From Nemertoderma westbladi (lineage: Eukaryota > Animalia > Xenacoelomorpha), in assembly GCA_032718475.1 (NCBI GenBank), contig JAUCBJ010001846.1, positions 434,001 through 498,000 on the forward strand: 64,000 nucleotides of DNA, written 5' to 3'. The position numbers were made by a program, and so were the translations under genes. Positions 18,966 to 28,117 of the stretch are shown piece by piece. The stretch's first letter is position 1; the number at the start of each line of letters is the position of its first letter. The notes beneath the pieces were generated by a model. It had not been told where the DNA came from. It saw nothing but the letters and a program-made list of their open reading frames with translations, and searched no databases.

Positions 18966-21900
18966 ATGCAAAAAATTATTGATTTTTTCATTACCAATAA
19001 GGTTGCAGCAAATTTGCTGATGCTGAGTATTTTTATACTCGGTGTTTTAAATACCATGCAAAATAAAGTGGAGTTTTTCCCCACACTTGATGTGCCGGTT
19101 ATTGTGGCTGAAATTGCATGGGAAGATTCATCGCCCTTGGATGTTTCTCGCTACATTATTGAGCCGCTAAAGTCCGGTTTTAGTGCTTTAAATCGATTAA
19201 AGGATGTCACTTCCTCATCGTTTAAAGGCAGGGCGGTTTTAATGTTTTCCTTTACACAAGGCACTGATATGCAAAAGGCACTTCAGGATGTTGAAAAAAT
19301 GATGCTTCAGTATCGGGCAAAATTACCCAGTAATATTGAAGACCCGTTTGTCCAGCAAGCCACGTTTACCCAAAATATGATGGAGCTTGTTATTGCGAGC
19401 CAAACTTCTATTGAAGAGCTTATACCATTGGCAAGGCAATACGAGAAGGAATTGATTAATTTGGGTGTGGGGGATGTTCAAATAATGGGGATGCCTGAAA
19501 AAAAGATTGTCATTGAGCTAGATCAATTGGCACTTAACCGTTTGAATATGACGCCCCAATCAGTTTATACAGCGATCTCAAGAGAAAATTTTGATATTGA
19601 CTTAGGCGTTGTTGGGTCAGACCAAAAATCTTATAACCTTAGAATTAACGAAAATAAACGCTCGGTTGAAAGCCTTGCCACTACTATTGTTAGAAAAAAC
19701 ACGCAAGGCATTATTTTGCTTCAAGATATTGCTAGAATTTATGAATCGTATGAAGGACTTGCTCAACCCAACCAGCTACTTTATAAAAACAAAACCAGTG
19801 TTTCGTTTAAGCTATTGGCCTCTGAAGGGCAAGACGTTGTCGAAATTTCTAAAAAAGTTGTCAAATGGTTTGAAAAAACAAAATATCAGGCTGCCGGTAT
19901 CGCTGAGCTTCATTTACTAAACGAAAGTTGGCGGTTTATTGAAAGTCGGGCAAATTTAGTACTCAAAAATGCGATTAGCGGCTTGCTACTTGTAATGCTG
20001 GTTTTGCTAATTTTTGTGAACCAAAAAATCGCCCTTTGGGCGATGGTGGGTGCCGTAACGGCCTTTGCTGGTTCACTTTCAATTATTTACTACCTAGGCC
20101 AAACCATTAATATGATCAGTTTATTTGGTTTTGTGTTGGCAACGGGTATGGTGGTGGATGATGCCATTGTAGTGGGGGAGCAAATTTATTACCAGCGCCT
20201 TAAGGGTAAAAGCGCTTATGAGGCGGCATCAATAGGGGCTAATCGTATGTGGAAGGCGGTGCTTGCTTCAACATTTACAACGGTTGGGGCGTTTTTGCCC
20301 TTGATGTTTGTAGGCGATGTGATGGGGCAAATACTAAAAGTTTTGCCTATTGTTGTGATCTCGGTATTGGTTGTTTCTTTAGTAGAGTGTTTTTTAATTT
20401 TACCCCATCATTTGAAAAGTGCGTTTTCTTCGGATGATCAACTAAATCCTAACACCACTAAACAAGCGATGAGTGAGCGCCGTTGGTTTGTGTGGGTAAG
20501 GGAAAAAATATTTGCCCCCGCGATTGAGACCTTTGTTCGCTGGCCATTCTTAACCTTGGTGCTGTTGATTGTTACCTTTGTTTTTTCCATTCAGGGGGCT
20601 AAAAAAATACCCTTTGTGTTTTTCCCATCGCCTGATGGCAATGTCATTTTAGGTACCGTTGATTTGTTGCCTGCTACCTCGCTTGAACTTAGAAATAAAG
20701 CCCAAGCACGCATTCACCAAGCCATGCAGGCAGTTAACCAAAAATACAACAATGAAAAATTGGTTAATCACTACTATACCAATGCATCCGGGAATAATAT
20801 TTCTGTTTTTATTGAACTACAAGATGTTGAAAAAAGACTTGAGAGTCTTATTGAAGTTAGAAAAAGTGTTGAATTAACCACCAAAGAATATTTAGTAGAC
20901 ATATCAGAGATTGAAAAAATTTATTTCTCTGAACTAAGAGGCGGCCCCCCTGGGGAGGATATTAGTGTTGATCTAAAAGGCACTGATATACATATGCTTA
21001 AGAAAGCCTCACTTGACCTACAAAACCGATTATCTGATCTGCCAGCTGCTTATAGTCTGCGAGATAATATGCCTTATGGTAAGAAAGATTTAGTTTTGAG
21101 TTTGAATAATTATGGGCGTCGTTTGGGCTTATCAATGGCAGATATTCGTTCGCAATTGAGTTTGAGTTTTTCAAGTCGAAAAGTGGATGAGTTTGTAGAA
21201 GATAGAAATACCGTCCGAATTAATCTGCAATTACCTGAATCTGATATTGAAAGCCTTAATTATTTAAACAATTATCGAATCAAACTGCCAGCTGGCGGTA
21301 GAGTGCAATTGAAAGATATTGTAACGTTTGATTATCAGGACAGTTTTCCTAGGATTAACAGCCTCAATGGTGCTATCAACCTTCGGGTTGAAGGTAGTGT
21401 GAACGCTAAAATTAAAACTGCTAATGAAATCAATGCCTTCATTAAAGATGAACTTATTCCTCAATTGAAGGAGAAATACCCCAATATTGATTATGAGCTA
21501 TCGGGTGCTGATGCTAACCAAGCAAGAACCGCTCAGGATATGCAAGTGGGTTCAATTATTGGGCTGTCTTTAATTTATATTGTACTGGCGTTGTTTTTTG
21601 GGCGCTATTCTACCCCAGCCATTATTATCTATTCGTTACCTCTTTTGTGGGTGGGTGTGGTATTTGTTTATTTAATCACCGGTTTTGAATTTACCTTGCT
21701 GACTATTTTTGGTATCTTTGGCTTGTTGGGTATTGCAGTGAATAATTGTATTATTTGGGTGGATTTATATTTTGAATTAAAAAATAGGTATCCGTCTAAA
21801 GAAGCTGCCCTTCGAGCATCTTTGTTGCGCCTTCGCCCCATTTTGTGTACTTCCCTTACCACCATTATGGGTTTGACCCCCTTGTTGTTTGAAACCTCCC

Positions 21901-22046
21901 TTCAAGCACAATTTTTAAAACCCATGGTACTGGTGATTGTAGGGGGTTTAGGGTTTTCCATTGTTTTGGTGTTGTTTTGTTTGCCTAGTTTATTTTTAGT
22001 GATTGAAAATATAAAACAATTTTTTAGACGTCTTTTGGGCCTATAG
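18966..22046 (+). CDS. AcrB/AcrD/AcrF-family RND transporter
   Basis: 1026 aa, INMISLFG, GMVVDDAIVVGE, RLRPILCTSLTT; stop codon lies inside the tRNA gene. Confidence 0.93.
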   Translation: MQKIIDFFITNKVAANLLMLSIFILGVLNTMQNKVEFFPTLDVPVIVAEIAWEDSSPLDVSRYIIEPLKSGFSALNRLKDVTSSSFKGRAVLMFSFTQGTDMQKALQDVEKMMLQYRAKLPSNIEDPFVQQATFTQNMMELVIASQTSIEELIPLARQYEKELINLGVGDVQIMGMPEKKIVIELDQLALNRLNMTPQSVYTAISRENFDIDLGVVGSDQKSYNLRINENKRSVESLATTIVRKNTQGIILLQDIARIYESYEGLAQPNQLLYKNKTSVSFKLLASEGQDVVEISKKVVKWFEKTKYQAAGIAELHLLNESWRFIESRANLVLKNAISGLLLVMLVLLIFVNQKIALWAMVGAVTAFAGSLSIIYYLGQTINMISLFGFVLATGMVVDDAIVVGEQIYYQRLKGKSAYEAASIGANRMWKAVLASTFTTVGAFLPLMFVGDVMGQILKVLPIVVISVLVVSLVECFLILPHHLKSAFSSDDQLNPNTTKQAMSERRWFVWVREKIFAPAIETFVRWPFLTLVLLIVTFVFSIQGAKKIPFVFFPSPDGNVILGTVDLLPATSLELRNKAQARIHQAMQAVNQKYNNEKLVNHYYTNASGNNISVFIELQDVEKRLESLIEVRKSVELTTKEYLVDISEIEKIYFSELRGGPPGEDISVDLKGTDIHMLKKASLDLQNRLSDLPAAYSLRDNMPYGKKDLVLSLNNYGRRLGLSMADIRSQLSLSFSSRKVDEFVEDRNTVRINLQLPESDIESLNYLNNYRIKLPAGGRVQLKDIVTFDYQDSFPRINSLNGAINLRVEGSVNAKIKTANEINAFIKDELIPQLKEKYPNIDYELSGADANQARTAQDMQVGSIIGLSLIYIVLALFFGRYSTPAIIIYSLPLLWVGVVFVYLITGFEFTLLTIFGIFGLLGIAVNNCIIWVDLYFELKNRYPSKEAALRASLLRLRPILCTSLTTIMGLTPLLFETSLQAQFLKPMVLVIVGGLGFSIVLVLFCLPSLFLVIENIKQFFRRLLGL

Positions 22047-22113
22047 CTCAGTTGGTTAGAGCACTCGACTCATAATCGATTGGTCACAGGTTCAAGTCCT
22101 GTTAGGCCCATCA
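22037..22113 (+). tRNA. ileX: tRNA with CAT anticodon, most likely tRNA-Ile2 (lysidine); 3' end reads A-TCA, no encoded CCA
   Basis: Acceptor GGGCCTA/TAGGCCC, D arm GCTC/GAGC, anticodon loop CTCATAA, T arm ACAGG-TTCAAGT-CCTGT; C4-G69 and C5-G68 pairs and overall similarity to E. coli ileX. Confidence 0.92.
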
Positions 22114-22124
22114 TCATAATTAAT

Positions 22125-23492
22125 ATGCCTGCACTTTATTTACATAACAGCCTGTTGGGCAAAAAAATGTTGTTCACCCCTCAAAATAATGAACACGTCA
22201 CCCTGTATGTTTGTGGGCCAACGGTTTATAGCTTTGCCCATATTGGTAATGCACGATCATCGGTTGTATTCGATTTATTCTTTAGGTTGTTACAACGCCT
22301 ATATCCTAAAGTCACCTATGTCAGAAACCTAACGGATGTGGACGATAAAATAAATCGGGCTGCCTTTGAAGAAGGGGTGTCTATTCAGGCGATCACCAAT
22401 CGTTATATTCAAGCCTTTCAAACCGATATGCACTCCCTTCATTGCTTATCTCCCACTGTTGAACCCAAGGTGACCGACCACATACCGTTGATCATCCAAA
22501 AAATACAACAGCTTGTTGAAAGCAGGCATGCTTATGTTGAAAGCGGGCATGTGTTGTTTCATGTAAAACGCTATGCTGATTATGGAAAACTATCCAATCG
22601 ATCAATGGATGAAATGAAAATAGGGGCTCGCATTGAAGCCGCCCCTTATAAGAAAGACCCCCTAGATTTTGTATTATGGAAGCCTTCTGTTGATGAAAAA
22701 ACACCCGGCTGGGAAAGCCCTTGGGGGATTGGTCGGCCTGGTTGGCATATTGAATGCACTGCCTTATCCAACTATTTTTTAGGGGACAGCTTCGATTTAC
22801 ACGGGGGGGGTCATGACCTTGTTTTTCCCCATCATGAAAATGAATTAGCACAAGGCAGTTGTTTGGGAGGCAAGTATGCGCGCTTTTGGCTGCACAATGG
22901 GTCGCTTCAAATTGAGGGGCAGAAAATGTCTAAATCATTGGGCAATATTGTATTGGTAAAGGATTTAATCAAACGTTACCACCCAGAAGTCATTCGTTTA
23001 TCAATGCTTAATGCTCACTACCGCCAACCACTGAATTGGAATGAGGCATTAGTTGCGCAGAGTAAAAATATTTTAGATAAATTGTACCGTGCGCTGAAAA
23101 ACCATCAAAACATTGAAACTGAAAGAATTAATGACCAAGATTTTTTAAACGTACTGCAAGATGACCTCAATACCCCGTCTGCTATGATGTATTTACAAAG
23201 GTGGCTTGGTCAGCTCAATGGTACCAACAACGTGGCTGATCAAAAAAACTTGTTAGGCAAAATTCGACAAGCCGGCGATTTGTTAGGGATTATGCAAGAT
23301 ACACCTGACAATTACTTGCAAGCCGGCAGTGTCATCACCGAAAGCGAAATTAATACACTCATTAAGCAGCGCGACCAAGCACGCCGATCAAAAGATTTTA
23401 AAAAGGCTGATAAAATTCGAGATGACCTCTTGAAAAAAGGCATTGTACTAGAAGATCATAACCACCAAACAAGTTGGTATAATCAAGGCTAA
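22125..23492 (+). CDS. cysS: Cysteine-tRNA ligase
   Basis: YVCGPTVY, HIGNAR, GRPGWHIEC, HGGGHDLVFPHHENE, KMSKS; start reassigned to ATG 22125, after the tRNA. Confidence 0.97.
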   Translation: MPALYLHNSLLGKKMLFTPQNNEHVTLYVCGPTVYSFAHIGNARSSVVFDLFFRLLQRLYPKVTYVRNLTDVDDKINRAAFEEGVSIQAITNRYIQAFQTDMHSLHCLSPTVEPKVTDHIPLIIQKIQQLVESRHAYVESGHVLFHVKRYADYGKLSNRSMDEMKIGARIEAAPYKKDPLDFVLWKPSVDEKTPGWESPWGIGRPGWHIECTALSNYFLGDSFDLHGGGHDLVFPHHENELAQGSCLGGKYARFWLHNGSLQIEGQKMSKSLGNIVLVKDLIKRYHPEVIRLSMLNAHYRQPLNWNEALVAQSKNILDKLYRALKNHQNIETERINDQDFLNVLQDDLNTPSAMMYLQRWLGQLNGTNNVADQKNLLGKIRQAGDLLGIMQDTPDNYLQAGSVITESEINTLIKQRDQARRSKDFKKADKIRDDLLKKGIVLEDHNHQTSWYNQG

Positions 23493-23515
23493 ATTAACTA
23501 GTGTTGAAATAGTTT

Positions 23516-23983
23516 ATGTTTAAAAAAAGAACCTCAGTTGAGCAAGTTGAAGAGCATTGTGAGCTTGCCCCTAAATTTGATGAATCTGGTTTAATGCCTG
23601 TTGTCACAACAGATGCACAAACAGGGGAGGTGCTGATGTTAGGTTATATGAATACTCAAGCACTTGCGCTCACCATCCAAACGGGTGAAGCTCATTATTA
23701 CAGCCGAAGCCGTCAAAAGTTATGGCACAAGGGAGCAAGTAGTGGTTTTGTGCAACAAGTGATTGAGATGCGTATTGACGATGATCAAGATGCCCTGTGG
23801 CTTAGTGTAACCTTAAAAGGGGATATAAAGGCGAGCTGTCATGTGGGGTATCGCAGTTGTTTTTACCGTTCAATTAAGCACAATAAGGCGACCAACACAG
23901 CTGAACTTGTTTTCAAAGAACCCCAAAAAACCTTTGACCCCAAAGCAGTTTATGGCGATGTCCCCAACCCCACGAAGTTATAG
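23516..23983 (+). CDS. hisI: Phosphoribosyl-AMP cyclohydrolase
   Basis: [41 protein letters not shown]. Confidence 0.92.
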   Translation: MFKKRTSVEQVEEHCELAPKFDESGLMPVVTTDAQTGEVLMLGYMNTQALALTIQTGEAHYYSRSRQKLWHKGASSGFVQQVIEMRIDDDQDALWLSVTLKGDIKASCHVGYRSCFYRSIKHNKATNTAELVFKEPQKTFDPKAVYGDVPNPTKL

Positions 23984-24242
23984 CACTTTTTTTAGTTGCC
24001 TTGATCAATTGGTTGGTTATTGCCTTAAAAGTATCGTTAGGGGGTATCGATTATTTTTCGGTCACCTAACCTTTGGTTGTCGCTTCCATCCCACCTGTTC
24101 GCGTTATGCACTGGAGGCCATTGAAACTCATGGTGGCCTTAAAGGTTTGATGTTAACCATTAAAAGAATTAGCCGCTGCCACCCATGGGGGGGTGCAGGA
24201 GTGGATGATGTGCCTACTAAAGTGGTTGATAAACGTAAGTAA
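23952..24242 (+). CDS. yidD: Membrane protein insertion efficiency factor YidD (start uncertain)
   Basis: [21 protein letters not shown]...[17 protein letters not shown] signature. Confidence 0.88.
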   Translation: MAMSPTPRSYSTFFSCLDQLVGYCLKSIVRGYRLFFGHLTFGCRFHPTCSRYALEAIETHGGLKGLMLTIKRISRCHPWGGAGVDDVPTKVVDKRK

Positions 24243-24567
24243 TTGATCAGCTAACAATTTAATGCTTTAAGTTGTTGGTGGTTTTTGACAGCTAACAACC
24301 AATGAATTTTTAAACCTGAAGTGTTTGATCAAATTTGCTTAGCAAGGTCGGTCATACAGTTGTCATGACTTATTCTGAAAAACAAAATAACAATCTAAAA
24401 TATCCCTAATACACTAAAAATCATGTCGGCTCTTTTTTTTAAAACACGACATTAAATTGATTGACTTAATATTGGACTTTGAAGTGCTGTTTTGTTGTTT
24501 AATGCAAAGTCTACCTGTTTGTTGCTTGATTAGTTTTTATTTGGAAAAATTGGCACTTAACCCAAAT

Positions 24568-25371
24568 TTATTTTAAAAAATCAGTTGAAAACGTTGCAAC
24601 AATGGGCGTGTGGTCAGATGGCTTTTCCCAACCTCTGGGGGTTGGATCAATCACACTGTGCTTGCAATATTTCATCAATGCTTGGGAGACCAACAACAAA
24701 TCAATTCGTAAACCTAAGCTACGCTTAAAACTATTTTGCCGGTAATCCCACCAACTAAATGCCTTTTTATTTGGGTGTATCATGCGAAATGAATCCACAA
24801 AGCCTAAGGTTTGAATACGTTGAAGCTGATCGCGCTCACCTGTTGAGCATAAAATTTTATCTTGCCAAGCCTCTGGGTCGTATACATCCAGATCATCCGG
24901 TGCAATGTTAAAATCCCCTGTCACAATAATGTGTTGATAATTGGCTTGATGTGTTCGAATAAATTCAATCAATTGTGAAAGCCATTTCATTTTATAAATA
25001 TATTTCTCAGACTCAACAGACTGCCCATTGGGGACATACACATTAATAATCAGCAAATTACCCCACTCAATGGCCATTAATCGGCGCTGCTCATCCGCCT
25101 CGTTTGTTAGTTGGTTGGCAATCAACTTGGCATTCTCGTATTTGGTTAAAATCGCCACCCCATTATATGATTTTTGGCCACTAAAAAAGACATGATAACC
25201 CATCTGTTTAATCGACTCAGTGGGAAATAAGGGGTCGGTTACTTTGGTTTCTTGTAGGCAAAGGAAGTCAACCGGGTGGGTTGTTAAGTATTGCCCAATA
25301 TGTTCAAGGCGGCTGCGAATGGAATTAACATTCCAAGCGCCTACTTGTAGGCTTGATTGGTGATGCGCCAT
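24568..25371 (-). CDS. xth: Exodeoxyribonuclease III / AP endonuclease
   Basis: WNVNSIR, LQETK, YNGVAIL, YVPNG, GDFNIAP, WWDYR, GLRIDL, SDH. Confidence 0.96.
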   Translation of the reverse strand: MAHHQSSLQVGAWNVNSIRSRLEHIGQYLTTHPVDFLCLQETKVTDPLFPTESIKQMGYHVFFSGQKSYNGVAILTKYENAKLIANQLTNEADEQRRLMAIEWGNLLIINVYVPNGQSVESEKYIYKMKWLSQLIEFIRTHQANYQHIIVTGDFNIAPDDLDVYDPEAWQDKILCSTGERDQLQRIQTLGFVDSFRMIHPNKKAFSWWDYRQNSFKRSLGLRIDLLLVSQALMKYCKHSVIDPTPRGWEKPSDHTPIVATFSTDFLK

Positions 25372-25526
25372 GCTTATGTTTAATTTTTTGAATGAAGTGC
25401 AAAATATATTTGTTCTATTGTATGGTCATTATAGTCAACGTTAGAATCCAAATGGATTAATGTAAATTTTAACAAAGGCATGAATCAAATTTCGATTACA
25501 ATATCACAAACAGTTTGTAAAATTTG

Positions 25527-26270
25527 ATGACAAATCTTAGCATCAATCTTAATAAAATAGCACTGCTTAGGAATTCTAGGGGGATCGATGTTCCTAATTT
25601 GGTTAATTATGTGAATATGTCAATTGATGCGGGTGTGGATGGAATAACTGTTCACCCACGTGAAGATTCACGGCACATCTTATTAGAAGACTTGATTGCC
25701 ATTGGTAACTTAGAGGCCATTCGATCTAACAAGGTTGAATTTAATATTGAGGGAGATCCACGTGATCAATTACTTGATTTTATTGAAAAAGAAGTGCACT
25801 TCCATCAATTTACGATCGTGCCCGTTACTCAGGGTGAGGTAACCTCTTGCCGAGGTTGGAGAAATAGTGACAATTTAGACCATTTAAAAAGCAGTATTCA
25901 ACGCATTCGATTGAAGAATAATTCACTGCGAAGAATTAGCCTATTTGCTGACCCAACACAAGAATCCATAACGTTTTGTCATCAAGCTGGCGCAGAAGCG
26001 GTTGAATTTTATACAGGTGAATATGCATTAAACCAGCAAAAAAAACAAACTTTGCAACAACTAGAAAAACAAGCCAATTTGGCAAGAAACCTTGGTTTTC
26101 GAATTCATGCGGGACATGACCTCAACCTTGAAAATTTGCCTGATTTATTACATGCAATTCAACCTGATGAACTATCCATTGGCCACGCAATCATTTGTGA
26201 TGCACTTGTATATGGATTTAAAGCTACCATTAAAAAATATATTCAATGCATCAAAAATTATCATCTGTGA
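25527..26270 (+). CDS. pdxJ: Pyridoxine 5'-phosphate synthase
   Basis: LSINLNKIALLRNSR, GITVHPREDSRHI, EFNIEG, HAGHDL, SIGHAII. Confidence 0.93.
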   Translation: MTNLSINLNKIALLRNSRGIDVPNLVNYVNMSIDAGVDGITVHPREDSRHILLEDLIAIGNLEAIRSNKVEFNIEGDPRDQLLDFIEKEVHFHQFTIVPVTQGEVTSCRGWRNSDNLDHLKSSIQRIRLKNNSLRRISLFADPTQESITFCHQAGAEAVEFYTGEYALNQQKKQTLQQLEKQANLARNLGFRIHAGHDLNLENLPDLLHAIQPDELSIGHAIICDALVYGFKATIKKYIQCIKNYHL

Positions 26271-26412
26271 TCTAGCTTTTCTAAAGTAAAGCCATTATTT
26301 GGGTGCTATCGGGTTAACACCTGTAAGAGTCATTGGTCGGGTTTAAGATTTTGTATTTTTTATCCGAATGTCTATAATAGATTCTAAGTTAAATTAAATT
26401 TGGATGTCTTAA

Positions 26413-27663
26413 ATGAATGCAGTTTTAGATCAATTGGTGCACTTAGAGTATGCACTCAACACCCTGTATATCTTGTTTAGCGCAGCACTGGTGCTTTGGA
26501 TGGCCGCAGGCTTTTCAATGTTAGAAGCAGGCCTTGTCCGCTCTAAAAACGTGGTAGACATCCTAACAAAAAATATTGGCTTGTATTCCATTGCCTGCCT
26601 TTGCTACCTGTTGATGGGTTATAACGTCATGTACGGTGATTCGGCCAGCTCACTATTGCCCAGTTTTGGTCATTGGTTTTTAGGCGCTGATGCTAGTGTT
26701 AAAGATGTTTTAGCTAGCCCTGATGAGGTTGGTTATTCGAGCATGGCAGATTTTTTCTTCCAAGTTGTTTTTGTCGCAACCGCCATGTCTGTGGTTTCAG
26801 GAGCTGTGGCTGAGCGCATGAAGTTGTGGTCTTTTTTTCTGTTTGTCATTGTGATGACCGCTTTTATTTATCCTGTTCAAGGCTACTGGCATTGGGGGGG
26901 TGGTTTTTTAAATAAACTTGGCTTTGTTGATTTTGCAGGCTCTGGTGTCGTACATCTGGCGGGGGGTGCGGCTGCCCTTGCAGGTGTTTTATTACTTGGC
27001 CCTAGAATCGGTAAATATGTGGGGGGGCATATCAAGGCAATTCCAGGATCTAATTTATCACTAACAGCGTTAGGTACCATGATTTTATGGCTGGGCTGGT
27101 TAGGCTTTAATGGCGGTTCACAATTAGCGATTGGTGATATTGAAAATGCTAATATCGTCAGCTTGATTTTTGTTAATACCAATATCGCGGCGGCGGCTGG
27201 TTTTTTAGCAGCGCTTTTATTTTCCAAATTGGCTTTTAAAAAGTCTGATTTAACACTGGGTTTAAACGGTGCGCTCGCAGGTTTAGTAGCGATCACTGCA
27301 AGCCCAGCCACCCCCTCAGTGGATATCGCCATTTTGATTGGTGGATTAGGCGGTGTGATTGCGACCTTATCTATTTTGTTTTTAGATCGCTTAAAGATTG
27401 ATGATCCGGTGGGGGCTATTTCAGTTCATGGATCAGCCGGAATTTTTGGTTTACTTGTGGTGCCATTAAGTGACCCAGCGGCCTCTGTATTTCATCAATT
27501 AATTGGTGTGGTGGTTATTTTTGCTTGGGTTTTTGTTTGCTCGTTTGTCGTATGGTTTGTCATTAAAAAGTTTGTTGGTTTGCGAGTCAGTGAGCAAGAA
27601 GAGCTAGAAGGTAACGATATTCATGAATGTGGCTTAGAGGCTTACCCTGATTTAAGTAACTAA
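26413..27663 (+). CDS. amtB: Ammonium transporter
   Basis: SGAVAER, DFAGSGVVH, GWLGFNGGS, DDPVGAISVHG (twin His retained). Confidence 0.96.
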   Translation: MNAVLDQLVHLEYALNTLYILFSAALVLWMAAGFSMLEAGLVRSKNVVDILTKNIGLYSIACLCYLLMGYNVMYGDSASSLLPSFGHWFLGADASVKDVLASPDEVGYSSMADFFFQVVFVATAMSVVSGAVAERMKLWSFFLFVIVMTAFIYPVQGYWHWGGGFLNKLGFVDFAGSGVVHLAGGAAALAGVLLLGPRIGKYVGGHIKAIPGSNLSLTALGTMILWLGWLGFNGGSQLAIGDIENANIVSLIFVNTNIAAAAGFLAALLFSKLAFKKSDLTLGLNGALAGLVAITASPATPSVDIAILIGGLGGVIATLSILFLDRLKIDDPVGAISVHGSAGIFGLLVVPLSDPAASVFHQLIGVVVIFAWVFVCSFVVWFVIKKFVGLRVSEQEELEGNDIHECGLEAYPDLSN

Positions 27664-27697
27664 TTGGTTGATTCAATAACGTAAAAGGAGTCTAGTA

Positions 27698-28036
27698 ATG
27701 AAAAGAATTGAGGCAGTTATTCAAAAATTTAAATTAGAAGCGGTCAAAACCCATCTTGAGCAAAATAATGTCCGTGGTATGACCGTGTATGATGTGCATG
27801 GTTTTGGTCATCAAAAAGGTCATCGGGAATCTTATCGCGGTGTACAAGTTAATGCTGAGTTTGTTGAAAAAATTAAACTTGAAATCATTGTGGATGATAA
27901 GGATGTTGAAAATGTTGTTGATTTGGTGATTGAAAAAACCCACAGCGGCAAAGTGGGGGATGGCAAAATTTTTATCTCTACCATTGATGATGTGATTCGT
28001 ATTCGAACAGGGGAGCGAAAAAAAGATGCATTGTAA
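27698..28036 (+). CDS. glnK: PII nitrogen regulatory protein (GlnK/GlnB family) with Val at position 51
   Basis: 112 aa, GFGHQKG, YRG, GKVGDGKIF, RIRTGE; adjacent to amtB. Confidence 0.88.
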   Translation: MKRIEAVIQKFKLEAVKTHLEQNNVRGMTVYDVHGFGHQKGHRESYRGVQVNAEFVEKIKLEIIVDDKDVENVVDLVIEKTHSGKVGDGKIFISTIDDVIRIRTGERKKDAL

Positions 28037-28117
28037 AGTGCTAGTGACCCCCATGTTGCATGAATCAATTTCAGTGATCAGCTTTGAATAAAGTTTAGTT
28101 TTTGTTAAGGTTTAGAG

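Noticed and set aside
22080-22124. N-terminal extension of cysS given in the ORF track (MVTGSSPVRP...)
   Set aside because: It is a translation of the tRNA T arm and acceptor stem; ATG 22125 fits a normal CysS start.
22803-22810. G8 tract in cysS (also G7 in amtB, C7 in purH) as phase-variation sites
   Set aside because: In frame and encoding conserved Gly runs in housekeeping genes; used only as controls.
24243-24567. CAGCTAACAA repeated twice and a weak ATGTCG/CGACAT inverted repeat between yidD and xth
   Set aside because: Short and AT-rich, compatible with chance; no recognisable family.
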